From: Pavona decussata | Taxonomy: Eukaryota | Direction: 5' to 3' | Assembly: GCA_977016875.1 (NCBI GenBank) | Contig: CDRNST010000144.1 | Span: 2,852,001 to 2,916,000 of the forward strand | DNA length: 64,000 nucleotides | In this document: positions 48,657 to 61,711 of the stretch, one piece after another | How positions within the stretch are numbered: position 1 is the stretch's first letter | How the letters are laid out: each line of letters starts with the position of its first letter | Made by a program: the position numbers and the translations under genes | Notes under the pieces: model-generated | Databases searched by the model: none | What the model was told of the DNA's origin: nothing | The model's input: the letters and a program-made list of their open reading frames with translations, nothing else

Positions 48657-48773
48657 CAATACAATACAACACAATACACAATATTTATTTATTACAGTTC
48701 ATGGCACATAAAAAAAAAATACAATGCAATAACACATGGAGATAACAACACAACACAATACAATATAATACAT

Positions 48774-49640
48774 TATTATATGGCCGTGTCTCAAAAGGAC
48801 TGGAAACGATCAAATTCAAGAACTTGATTGGCTAAAATCGATATTAACCGCGGTCTAGATTTTCCCATCTAGACCGGCATCTAGACCGATCTTATTGTAA
48901 TATTTGTCCCCAAAATGATACAAACAAAAAAATAAAAAAGAAAGAAAAATTGGCTTCTTCCTGTTAATAATACTAAATTGAAGAACCAGTAACGCTAAAC
49001 GTGGAAACAGGTAAAGAGAATGAGCAAACGTTGGCAAATTTGAGTCCAGCAGAAGAAGCTACGAGCAAAGATGAAGTCGAAATTGAGAAGTCTTTGCAAG
49101 CGCAGAAATCTGAAAACACTCAATGCAAGACTAAGAGCAACTTAAACACATGGAAGAAATTTTGTGAGTCACTGAAAGAGTCTATAGAGCAATTGAAAAC
49201 ATACCTGCCCGAATGAGCTCGACCTTCTTTTGTCCACTTTTTTTTAATCTCCGTTCGTAAACAAGATGGCAGCGAGTACGAACCGTGTACATTAAGCGGC
49301 TTCCAGCGAAGGTTTAACGCCACTTGCATGAAAAAGGAAGTCTGATCAACATTCTTAAGGATAACGAGTTCTCCTGTAGGAAAAGAACGGTTATTTTGTC
49401 TTCATACATTGACGAAGTTTGTACAAAGTTGTACTTTGAACAGTTATCACTTGTCCCGTTTGAACAGGAGACTAGTGACAGAAGTAAGCCAGCTAAATGC
49501 TTGAGCCCGCGCAGCCGGGAACAAATAATTTTTTCCTTTTCATTTCCTGTTTGGCCATATAATAAACATCTTGGTTATTAACCGAGCTAGGTCGGTCTGT
49601 ATGGGAGAATCTTGACCTCGGTCGCTCGCACAGACCTCAC
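48774..49640 (+). mobile_element. internally deleted Crypton-like element with DUF3504/ZMYM-type tyrosine recombinase N-terminal remnant (about 49070-49372)
   Basis: Frameshifted QKSENTQCKTKSNLNTWKKFC..IENIPA..LLLSTFF..SVRKQDGSEYEPCTLSGFQR..HLHEKGSLINILKDNEF; TATTATATGGCC / GGCCATATAATA inverted ends. Confidence 0.75.
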
Positions 49641-50170
49641 AAGGACCGCGTCAGCAAAATAAAAGTGTATAGTCATTGCTCCAGGTAACTAAAAAAATAA
49701 ACATTCTCAACGAAAACATGACTGAGATATTTCACAGCCGTCAAAGGTTGTTAGACAACCGTCCCAAAACAACAACAACAGCAACAGCACAACTTTATTA
49801 ACGTGTCAATAACATCTTGTTTACAATAGTAATAAAATAATTAGGGGCACCTATCTGAAATTCTGTAGAAAAAAAAAAAAACCAAACAAACAATAAAACT
49901 GAGTCAAGAAGTGATAAAAAAACTTAATTGTTACATAAAAAGTAGGTTTGAGATGTTTCAGTGATGAAGTCCTTAATTAAGATTTAGTTTGTTTTCTTGG
50001 GAGACGCTAATAATAAGCACAAGCACTGCACTTCCACTTTCCATAAATCTAAAAGTCTATCCGAAAAATGATAAAATGAATCAAGAAGTAATCAAAAAAT
50101 CAATTATTGGTTACATGAAAAGCAGGTTTGAAATGTTTCAGTGATTAACTCCTCAATTAAAATTTTTAAA

Positions 50171-50437
50171 TGCGTTTTTTTGGGAAAATCAGAATCCGGA
50201 TTTTTGAATCCCAAGACCGATTTTGCGTTTCTTTACTAAGATCAATGATCCAAGATCATTCGGATCATGGTGCATCAAAGGAACCGACGAATCTACTCTG
50301 GTTAAGGATTCGTCGGTTCCTTTAATTTGATGCACCATGATCTGAGTGATCTTGGATCATTGATCTTAGTTAAGAAACGCAAAATCCGTTTTAGGATTCA
50401 AAAATCCGGATTCGGATTTTCCCAAAGAAACGCACCC
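50171..50437. mobile_element. near-perfect palindromic MITE (GGGTGCGTTT terminus, PIF/Harbinger-like)
   Basis: About 125-bp arms with a short loop; TTA follows the right end. Confidence 0.85.
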
Positions 50438-51023
50438 TTAGTTTCCTTGTGAGTAATGATAAGCGTAAGGACTTTGTTTTTAATTATGCACTTCCTCTTT
50501 CCATAAATTTTCAGAACATTACAAACAGTATAAGTTTCTTGATTATAGGTACTGCTGAATTATGAAACTGCATTACAAGACACTTTTCATAGTTGACACG
50601 TAATGACAGCCTTAGTATAAGACATCCGAAACGGAAATTCAGGGACACCCAGGGGATTATTTAGGGGGATACCTGTTCGGAAGGCCTTTATTCGCCTCAG
50701 AAATTCGGACTAAACAGTAGAGACTGAAATCTATAGTTTTCTTCAGAAAAATGCCAGAACAAAAGCAGCATTGTAACAATGAAAAACTGATTCCTTTCGT
50801 TTTCGAAACTAAAAATACGTCGTTAAAATGCGGAAAAGGGTCCGGTTAGTGAAAACCAAAACAGCAAGTAAATTCAGGGAATAAGCAGTTCAGTTTCCTA
50901 AAACATGCTGTAAATGAAATTTAAACCACTCCAACAGTTCAATCTGTACTAGCTGACAAAAAAGCCTTTAAAAGGGCACAAAACGATCTGGGAACACAGG
51001 AGATAACATTTGAAGTGTCTTGG

Positions 51024-51175
51024 TTAAATGCTGGATGTGAGCCAAGGCGACACTTTATGTCGCACTCGTTTTGTTTTTAGTGGGGCATGTTTGTTAGCAA
51101 CACTAGTGAAAAGTTGTTTCCAAACATCCCACATTTCATCTGGCGAATCCCAAAACTCAATATTTCCCCAGGGTA
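51024..51175 (-). mobile_element. CR1/L2-type LINE ORF2 fragment (between APE and RT), next to an N-gap
   Basis: PW..I....PDEMW..WK..F..V.NKHAPLKTKRVR....PWLT motif. Confidence 0.8.
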
Positions 51176-51619
51176 NNNNNNNNNNNNNNNNNNNNNNNNN
51201 NNNNNNNNNNNNNNNNNNNNNNNNNNNNNNNNNNNNNNNNNNNNNNNNNNNNNNNNNNNNNNNNNNNNNNNNNNNNNNNNNNNNNNNNNNNNNNNNNNNN
51301 NNNNNNNNNNNNNNNNNNNNNNNNNNNNNNNNNNNNNNNNNNNNNNNNNNNNNNNNNNNNNNNNNNNNNNNNNNNNNNNNNNNNNNNNNNNNNNNNNNNN
51401 NNNNNNNNNNNNNNNNNNNNNNNNNNNNNNNNNNNNNNNNNNNNNNNNNNNNNNNNNNNNNNNNNNNNNNNNNNNNNNNNNNNNNNNNNNNNNNNNNNNN
51501 NNNNNNNNNNNNNNNNNNNNNNNNNNNNNNNNNNNNNNNNNNNNNNNNNNNNNNNNNNNNNNNNNNNNNNNNNNNNNNNNNNNNNNNNNNNNNNNNNNNN
51601 ATTGATTTATAATCGTAAA

Positions 51620-52080
51620 TAAACTGACTGAAGTGCAATTTGGTCTGAAATAATACGCGTGATTTCAAAATTGAACGAGCGCGACGCGAGTTCGATTTGA
51701 AATCACAAGTAGGATTTCAGACCAAAATTGCACGACACGAAGTTCAATTACCACTTTATTACACCCATTTTGAAATCGCACAGTTTATTTTTGTCAATAT
51801 TAATATTTATTTATCCACATCAGGAAACCTGACTTTTTAGAAAGAGGGTGAATTTGGGTAATAGAAATTTCAAAATTTTACCCCAAAATGACATGTTCCC
51901 CCTTTGTTTTCTGCAATCTGATTGGCTAGTGCAGGTAAACCATGACATTTGACTAGTTAGTATTATTTCATATTCATTTTGAAATAGGGCTGAAAAAAGA
52001 TGCGATTTAGAACAAAAAATAAGGCGAGAGTCACTGAATCAGATTGCAAGGATCACCAGTGATTTCAAAACGGGTGTAAT
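51620..52080. mobile_element. hairpin-ended non-autonomous element
   Basis: GTGCAATTTGGTCTGAAAT / ATTTCAGACCAAAATTGCAC hairpin; TTACACCCATTTTGAAATC / GATTTCAAAACGGGTGTAA body ends. Confidence 0.7.
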
Positions 52081-53838
52081 CAATTATTTTTAATAGAATA
52101 TAACGACATCAGTGACCCCGCTGCTATCAACGGAAGTCCTATTAAACGATACATTTCAATTTTTCATTGTTTAGTTTTGAAATATTCTTCTGGAATCACT
52201 ATTACAATCTGCTTCAAGATTTCACTATTACAATCTGCTACCATCCCTAAATAATTAATTAGGTTCATTTTATTAGGTAACTTTAAGGCAGTTTACTATA
52301 ACTTTATTGTTTCGTTACCAGAACAATACTAATATTGTATTACAAGGAATAATAAATTTTCTGAGCGTAACGGTTGCCCTTCTTTCTCTAAGCTGGATTT
52401 TTCTTAATATTCTTTCACAAGCTATCAAAATGGTAATTATATACTACAACTAGAAGCCCATGGGCACTAGACCACAACTGTACAGGGTGAAAACAAGCAT
52501 CAAGATCCTCTCCCCCTTCTGTTTTTTCTTTTTCAAGATGTGGCACCAATTCTGCAAAGTTAAAAAACATTACGTTTTTCGTTGGCACCACCTTAAACCA
52601 AACTTGCAGAATAACTTACTCACCATTGGTAATAATAAAAACACAAACAAACAAACAAAACAACACAAAAGAATTTCAAAAAGAACAGTAGATAACAACA
52701 AAAAAAGAAAAAAGAAAACAAAAAAACAAAAACAAAACAACAAACAAAGAAAAATGCTGAAACTGAACAAAAACACCATTGCTAAAAGGGCTTTTAAGCA
52801 AAAATAACAGGATACCTATTTTGGTTTTATGCATACTTCCTGTACTAACAATATAGGAAATTATAACAACTGAAGTTTTAACTCGGTCGGTTGCTACATT
52901 GCTCATCAATCTACTGAGTTTTACTCGCTTTCCCTGTCAAGTCCGCCTTGTACCTGTAACTTGATAAATGCGCCCACTTCTTTCGACCACAGCAAACCAT
53001 AACGAGATAACCACCCAAAGCTGTTAACTTAAGCGGTTCCCCCTCGCCGGAGGATAATAGCACACATCAACGAGAGGTTAAAAAGGATAACCGTAAGGCA
53101 TTTTAAAATTGTTTTTAACATAGTCTCTACGGAATCAAGGCGTATCTAATCGATAAAAGTGGATCATTGGAAAGCTACTCGATTAATCGCCAACACACGA
53201 TAATTGTCGAGTGAATTTAAGCAATGAAAATCGATAATAAACACGTTGTGGCCTTTGATCGTGTAACTCCAACCTGCAACGTTTGTAATTTTCCTCCAGA
53301 ACAATCGAGAGTCTACAAACCTGTCTGGTCGGGGATTCTGACAAATTAGAGGTCAATACCATTGCCATCAACTACGTGCTAGACACTGGGTACTAGAAAC
53401 AGTTGGCCTCCAAATCTGTTTATAAGTGTTTTATTTTAAGTATGTAAATAGTTTTCTAGTCTTGGATGGAAGCCTTCTTGTTACCGGAAGCGGCAGACAA
53501 TCTTTAGATAGGATTGCTGGCAAGATTGAAAATGGCTTAGACGTGGTTTTGTTAAGTACTGTCTAAACTGTCTTTTACTAACTGACCCGAATAGTTCAGG
53601 CTCAGAACAAGGAGATCGCAAAAGGAATAAATAACAAACGAAAAAACGTTACTATCACTATGTACCTTTCGCAGCTCCACCATTGGAAAAACAAGCCACA
53701 AACAATACACAATGTCACTTAATCCAGGATGCATATTTTCCTAGTCCAATCATTATTTATTTGAGAAATATGACTGTTAGGTGACCCATAACTGTGGAAA
53801 GTAGCTTACGAAGGTTCAACAGTTCAACAGTTTGAAAG

Positions 53839-54837
53839 TTAGACATGTTCCAAAGTAATCTCATCTACTCTGACCCTAGCTGACCTCGTTTTCTGGGTTG
53901 TTTGACGAGATCCTTTATCGAGGTGTCCGTGTGATTTTCTGCCCAACATTTGTAAAAATGCTGACCTTATATTGGTACTAAAGGCGATGTACAACCATGG
54001 GTTGATGGCACTATTTGCGTGGCCCAACCAGAAAGCCAAATACATCAGGATATCTGGCAAGTCAATGGTAAATCTTGTTACTGCCCAAAAAAGGTTAAGC
54101 GCCTGCCCGGGAAGCCAGCAAATAGCAAATGTGATGACGATGATAATAAGCATTCGAACTGCCCTCTTCTTTGAGATCTCTTGCTGATGTTGCTGATTTT
54201 CATTTAACTCATTCCCGGGAACGTGGCGAAACCATATTGCGTGAGCTGTTTTGCCGTACAGAATGGAAATGACAACCAAGGGAACAAAGTAGGTGACGAT
54301 GAAAAGGTAGAGCATAAAACCACGAATGTTTCCCGGAGGATAAAAGCCGTAATTGCCGCACTGAGACGTTTTCTGATTGATCTTGTAATAGAGTGGAACG
54401 ATGGACATCAAAACCATTGACACGATCCAGATCAGCGGTGTAATGTACTTGGATTTTCGAAACCAGGGAGTACTGCCCATCAAAGGAAAGATGAATGCGT
54501 AGAATCGATCAATCGCCATGACTGTCAAGCAGAGGACAGACGCCATTACTGTGGTATGAGTGATAAATGGGATTGCTCTACACGTGATTTCTCCAAGTAA
54601 TCCGGGTATCATCCACTTGAAATCACTGTTTAAATCGGAAATGCTCGACGGCATCATGAACACGGTCACCATTAGATCAGCGACGGCCATGTTGACAAAC
54701 ATGAAACTTGTTAGTGATTGCACTGCGGGTCTTTTCCACACGATGTAAATGATGATAATATTTCCCAGCAAGGCTGCAAGCATCGTCATCGCGTACATCA
54801 CGGTGAGTATGACAATTTCTGCGTCACCGAGAGCCAT
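53839..54837 (-). CDS. intronless class A (rhodopsin-type) GPCR, neuropeptide-receptor-like, 332 aa
   Basis: Seven hydrophobic segments; GN (TM1), NMAVADL (TM2), Cys at top of TM3, DRF, TM4 Trp, FAICWLP, NSAINPWLY; first in-frame ATG at 54837. Confidence 0.95.
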   Translation of the reverse strand: MALGDAEIVILTVMYAMTMLAALLGNIIIIYIVWKRPAVQSLTSFMFVNMAVADLMVTVFMMPSSISDLNSDFKWMIPGLLGEITCRAIPFITHTTVMASVLCLTVMAIDRFYAFIFPLMGSTPWFRKSKYITPLIWIVSMVLMSIVPLYYKINQKTSQCGNYGFYPPGNIRGFMLYLFIVTYFVPLVVISILYGKTAHAIWFRHVPGNELNENQQHQQEISKKRAVRMLIIIVITFAICWLPGQALNLFWAVTRFTIDLPDILMYLAFWLGHANSAINPWLYIAFSTNIRSAFLQMLGRKSHGHLDKGSRQTTQKTRSARVRVDEITLEHV

Positions 54838-57800
54838 TTTTAAAATTGAAATTATATCTGTGAATGTCAATTAATCAAATTTTAGTATTTTTGAAGGTAA
54901 TAGCCCTGATTGGAACCATTATCATACAACTGACCAGTAAAATCGAGTTAGTACGGTTTGTTTAACGGGTATGATGAGTCAATGGGTCCGCTTCTTCCCA
55001 ATTGATCATATCTACCTACAGTATCTGAACACTTTTTTAAAGTAATAAATGGGAGAAAACGTTTTGAAGAGTAGACATACAACATTTTTAATAGCGAGAT
55101 GCGGTAGAAAGACCGTGCTATATTTATTCGAAGGAGTGTTTCTAAACCCTTGCCATCTTCACACTTGGTAACAATCGGATGCTAAAATCTAACAGTGCGA
55201 AAGCAACGCTTTGTCTAGGGCCGCAGATTATTGTTCCTTAATCATTGACAGGGCTTATGAAAGTTATAGAAATAATCAAACGAACTTTGCCCAAAGCGGA
55301 ACATGCAACCTTCACTCATTTTGTAGCGGAATGAAAGCAAAAAAAATTAGATGTTATCGAAACGGCTTGAATATGGCCGGTGTTGTTTTCAGTTCAGTTG
55401 ACAATTGCTTTCTCTTTAAAAAATTCCCCTTGTATATCGAAGGTACTGATAAACGTTGTTCAGTAGGTGAATGTGCACCACAACATGAAACAGTGTTTAC
55501 TTCGTTTTCTAATCCTGTTATTCTATGCTTAATATTTCATTCTGCTTTCCGCGGATGAAATATTTTGCACTGAACATGTATTCGCCCTTATGTTTCAACT
55601 TAGCAACGTTCTCAGCTTAACCGCAACGCGACTGTGCGAGTCGATTCTCTTTCCCGTAAACGGAGGCCCTAAAAACTGGCATGCTTATTTTTATTTCGTT
55701 GATACCCAACATGAAGTTTTCTTGGTGCGTCCGAGTTCGACTTTCTATTTTTGGCACTCTTTACTTATACACGAAAGCTGAGCAGACATGGCTTTAAATG
55801 TGTTTAGTTGAACGCGAATGGAAGATCAATCCACCTCACCGAAAAAGATTGTCACTGATACATCTACCGATAATTCTTAGCGTACGAAAACCCGAAAGGG
55901 TCTCATGAAAATGCACAGAAAAGTTCTAAAAACTTTAAACATAGCTTACACAATGTTGTTGGTAAAGGGAAAATTTTGCAGAAACGTGAATATTATATGT
56001 TGCTATTGGTTGCGTTAGGTTCGCATGCAAGGCATTATGGTAAATGTGCAGCCGCGATATTAAATGAGATAATGATAGTACGGTAAAAGATTATCTCATT
56101 GTCCTGGTTTGTCATAATAAGCCCCATTAGTCAGATCGTTCAGTCATCAGTCATTTTGCAAATACAATGCAGGACAGCTTTTTTATTACTTTGTGTCCTT
56201 TTTATTCAGCCTAATAGCGAGCTTAATATTGGCAGAATTCACCATTGTGTGCAAATCATTTTTAACTCAGCTTAGAAAGAAAGCAAAAATAAATTTAAAA
56301 CAGTCAAATAAAGGTCTACTACTCGTTTAAATCGTTAGAATACGACTCTTTGTTTTCTTCTGTTGAAAACGACAACACTACCGACAATTTCATTGGCTGC
56401 TGTTTGTATGTTAGAAAAAAACTTTCATTTAAAATGCTCCATCTGTTTACTCTTGTTCCACTTTACTTTGACAAGTAATCCACCTTATCGTCTGTAGGAG
56501 GAGGAATAGCAAAACTGCCTGAATATGTTGGGTTGTTAGTTATATTGATCACAGTCCTTTGTTTTTTTTTTATTGTGACAAGTCCTGTTTTTTTTGTTCT
56601 TCGTATGAACTTGGAATTGTAACGCAAATCCTAGTGATGCTTTCTTTGACTGCCTGGTTGTTACTCAGAGCGTAGTGTCGTCTCTGAGGGAGCCTGGCCT
56701 GTCAATTCCGTTTCTTGGGTTTTTCAGTTCATCGTTGTTCTTTTAGTGAAGAAAAATTTTGAACCACTTCAGTTGATATGGCGGTTTCTCAACCAAATGT
56801 AACAGAGTTTTTTGCATGGGAATTTAGCTCCGTGGGTCAGCGAGAGGTGCCCCATTACCTTCGAGATTTTGTTTTACATCAAGTGGACCCAGACCTTCAA
56901 GGAACGTAGTGTTTATTGCAGATCTTGACTCATTCTGTTACATGCAGAACTCGAGAGCTTTTAGTGAAGAACATTTCTCATATAAGACCCGAAGCCAATA
57001 GTATTTCGACAACTTAGTTTCATTTGCGTAAGCTTAGCAAAAGGAGGAAATTATAAATATAAATTATTGTTCTCACCTTTACAAACTGAAGCTAATTTCT
57101 TATTCGAATGGAGAGCAGGTGTTCAACACCTATGTAATTCACTTGACGGTTACAAAGGCTGCGATATTTCCTAAGCTGAGTGTGATCTACTTTTACTGAA
57201 AAATGTCCCGTAACAGCTAAAAAGTGATCTTGTTCAGGTTTTGACTTATTTGTCCACTGTTGCAACATAGCCACCCTGGATATTGAAAATAATTTGAAAG
57301 ACAACATAATATGCACGATGCCTTCCTTTTAAGTTACTCAAATGAACTAGATTGACAGGTATAGCAGTCGAAATTACTTTGAAAACGTCCGAATTCTTAG
57401 CAATATTAACGTTTCTTGATAGTGTTAGGTAAAATGCAGAAGCAATTAGCCCATATTACCATATTCGAGCAGTGTTACAATGAATATTTCCAGCATTTTT
57501 TTGGGGTTCTCGACATTTTGCTTATATCCAAGTACTATCACAAGATAACACACCACCTGAACATTCCCAACTAAAATCCGGGCAAACTGAATTAGCGACT
57601 CTTGGTTTTTTGAATTTTTTTTTTCTTTTTCAATAAACTATTCCCAAACAGAACTAATCAACATCTTTACTGTATGCCCCCCCAGTTTTCTATTCAATGT
57701 TGAGTAGAAAGCATGTCGATATCACGCACATCTTTGAACATGATAAGGGGGAACGATCTCGAGGATTGCTGGGGGTGCGGAGGAGGGGGAGAGAGCGAGG

Positions 57801-58306
57801 CGTCTGTCCTGACTAGTTTGGCCCGGATTATACTCATAAAAAACATGAAGCAATTCTAGTGAATACATTTATATATAAGATGAACCCTGAAAAAGGACGC
57901 TACGAAAAAAAAAAAAAAATTACATCTAAACCTTGAATTAATTGGGTCCTTAACTTTATAAACGAAGCAACTAAGATTCAGAATTCAGTAAGGACGTGCA
58001 TACTACAGTGACGAGTCGGCATGTACAAACATGAAAACAAATGAAAACGGGTGGCCATATCCATCACATTGTTAAGAGTCTGCCATTTTAGCATACCCCA
58101 AACACGAATTAATTTATTTTTTTTCATATGACAATTTTTCGCTTCACATTACATCCACTTAAGTTGTCAATCGCCGAAAATTTTAGCCCGAGGCTGAATT
58201 TGTCATTAGCTTATACAAAATAAAGAAGCATGACTTATGCGAACATAGTGTGTTACATTTTCGCTTTATCTCATATAAAGAGTGCTAAACCTGACTAAAC
58301 AGTGAT

Positions 58307-58559
58307 ATTAGGGATATTTAGGATCACGTTTAAGACGAACGACAAGAGAAAATAATAACCACGTTACCAATGTTCTCCTATATTTGCCGCTCGCCGTGTC
58401 CCGTGTCTAGGTGAAGTTGAACAGCTTCCCGTTTGTAGCAAATGCCAGAATTCTTTGCACTATTCTCACCTATTTGCTAGTTCTTTTGATGAAGCGTAGA
58501 CGCGAATCGGACGTCTGCCTTTTGCCGTTAGACATGAATCTCTATTTTACACCCCTAAT
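58307..58559. mobile_element. diverged copy of the 12927-13233 MITE
   Basis: Shared ACCACGT...ATGTT...TATTTGCC and GCGAATC...TTTGCCGT blocks. Confidence 0.55.
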
Positions 58560-59992
58560 TCTCGTCGAAAAGTAAATTATACCGGAAAAGACATTGGTAA
58601 AAGTAACTTTGTAAAATAACAGACAAAAGCATTTTCCCTTTGAAAAACGCGACCGCGACTGTATTACTGCATGGAAAAAAAAACGTGACATTCAGTTCGC
58701 TAGCCAAATTCTTCTCATGGACATCAACACTTTACAGACATTTGAGGCGTTTTCTCGTCGCTACTGAGGCTCTTGCGTTTCTGCGTCTAGAAAGTTTTTC
58801 ACAAATGACTATTATCTGCTAAAAGCGTTTAAGGTATTTTTAACCAAAAAGTACCGTTTTTTAAAAAAGCTTCTAGTGAAAGGCGTTTGCGAACGCTATT
58901 TCTGCTTTATCTCACTGAGCAGATGATTACGATGAGATAGGAGTCGTCAGCTTCAAACGGTGTTTGGCTTTTATAGCTGATACCAGTCTTAACCACTTAT
59001 CCTAGACTCAGAGTATGTGTGAAGGTGCGATGAAAGATAAAATGCGAATACCGAACACGGAATGCAAAATGCGAATAAATTACGCCAGTAAAAACAGGAC
59101 GCTGAAGATATTAAAGAAAAAATATGTCATTGCAACAACTAGCTATGTAGCTATGTACAGCTATGTATTGTAACAATATATTAATTGCGCCCTTACCCTG
59201 TTAATGTAGAATTTAGAATCCAGTATGGACATACACAGGAAGATTAATCGAACGTTCATGGTGCTGACCCAAATTCAGTCTACCAAACTCACAACCCATC
59301 TTTAAACAAATGCTAGCAGGTGACTGCTTTTGCCTTTTGTGTTTTTGACAGACTCAAATGACCGATCCTTGGTCAGTATGTAATTTATAAATTGCCAAAC
59401 TGGTGTATTTATTTTTTACTTCAAATTTAAAAGCCTTTGGCTGACACATACATCAACTAGTACAAAAGCGCAATTAACGTTTAGTGTTGAAAAGGTAATT
59501 TTCTGCCAGCTGAATAAATAGGTATTTAATGTCGTTTGGACAAATTTCCATATATATAGCTATAAAAAAAATATTGTTGTAGGTTAAATTATAAGTGTTG
59601 CTAACGACCCATCAGCAAGTATTTGTCGTGATCCGTACAATCGGCAAGTGTTTGCTTTGACTACTCTTTTCGGCCATCTAATTTACGCTTCTTTGGGTAG
59701 CCATTTCAATTCAACAGAAAACTGTGAGTCGGCCTGACGAAATAAGACAGGGCGCGTGCATTAATAGTACTGCCAAAATTCCCATTATCTAGGAGTACAA
59801 GGTTGATAATTTCCGAATGGGTACATGTTCTTTGCCAGATAAGAAAGAGCAAATAGCTTTTTGAAGTTGTATCTTCTTTTACATGACGACCGTTGTCAAC
59901 GAACAAAAGTTAAGCCGAAAAACAGTAAGGAAACTCCTTAAGCAGCTGAGATGTTGCGAAACAACAGAAAGGTAAAAAAAAATTATGAAAGA

Positions 59993-59994
<2 letters not shown>

Positions 59995-60054
<60 letters not shown>

Positions 60055-60196
60055 TAATAATAATAATAATAAATCTTTAGTACAAAACCTCAATTAAAAT
60101 CTCATTTACAATCAACCTGCTGTTACAAAAAATTCAATCAATTCATCAAAACACTATTCATTCACAAATTCTAAAAAGTAGAAATAACTTAACCTT
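59995..60196 (-). mobile_element. second copy of the retroelement 3' end with (ATT)n tail
   Basis: Matches 20296-20421. Confidence 0.6.
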
Positions 60197-60272
60197 ATAT
60201 AAAAAAGAGGAAATAGATATAATTAAAAGTTCAAATAATAAAAGCTCAAAATTCTATAAAATAAAGAATTCC

Positions 60273-60314
<42 letters not shown>

Positions 60315-61711
60315 CGATTTGGGCTAAATTATCTTCAATTTTCTGGAGTCGAATGCGTTAAATTTTCGCTTTCATATTGCGAAATTATCTTTTTGTCCCA
60401 TGTCCCAAGGATCGGCCTTTTGGGCTATTTACGCACCCACAGATTGACAACCCAAAGATGACTGAAGCGCGGTCTTCGTAGACCCGACTGACGAACGGAC
60501 GGACCTAGATACAACCGCCCATACCCACTACTTTGCTTCCCTAGAGTGGGGGAGATTTGAATTCATCGTTGAAATTAACGTGTCGTGAATATCTGTACAG
60601 AAAAAAAAATATGCGTATATGCTTGCCTGTTTTGCATAGATCGTCGGATGTGACTACTACTACTACTACTACTACCACTACTACTTTATGTGGATCTTTG
60701 ATTGAAATACTGGGTGATCCACAGAAAAGAAAATATTCAATCACAATGTTGTGAGAATTTTAATTGATGGACGTTTTCCTCAGCTGGAAGCACACATTTG
60801 TCCACTGGCATAAAAAAAATAAGCTACTTAATTATAAATACTACAAAATTTGCAGAATAACATCTTTGTTACCTTGTAAGGCATAGGTCCTTTGCTAATC
60901 CGTTTTTTAAGAAAACGAAGAAACAAACGAACAATGTCGTCTATCTACTAATAGAGATAGTGAGGGCTTAGCCGTATATTTTTAATGCTTCATATTATAA
61001 ATAACCGACTTTAGAAAATTTCAAATTCAGAGTACTGCATAATAACTACTTGGGTCCGTGCCAGACGAAGACGTCTGCTCACAGGCTAGCGACAGAAGAA
61101 AGAAAAAAAAATGAATAAATAAACGAACGGAGCTTTGCTGTTATGTTTCTTTAAAGTGAAAAATTTGGTAATGCTGGGATATAGAAGTTCGTATTTCTCT
61201 CCCCCTCAGTGGTATGATTATCAAGTCAAATAATTGTGGTAATTGTTATTTTTTTTCTGCTTATTCAAATACTACCATTTGAGTCATGTGTCTGTTCTTT
61301 CTTAGCCTTGAAATATTAGTCTCCTTGTGCTTCCGGGCATCTGTACATCCGATAATCGAGAAATTATAATCATCGGGTGAGCAGTACCGCTCGCTTAAGA
61401 ATGTTAGCTTATAAAATGAATGCGAACATTGAAGAAAACATTCACCTGGTTAATTTGGTAATGCGTCTCTCTGTAACATCTGAATTTTGTATACGGACGG
61501 TGTCAAACGGACATGGAAACGAACCATAGCGAGAAAATAAATAAAAGATATTTAAACAAACCTTTTCAGTTGCCAGTTTTTTCCAAGTTCCTGATCTCCC
61601 AACGGGTATGCATTTATTTATTTAGAATCAGCATATTCAAACAGGTATCCATGCCCTTGAGGTGGACGGGGGGGGGGGGGGGGGGTAGTACTATGAATGT
61701 GGCTTTTTGCT

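Noticed and set aside
56778-56909. 43-aa ORF MAVSQPNVTEFFAWEF... on the plus strand
   Set aside because: Short, with no recognisable motif or convincing splice partner
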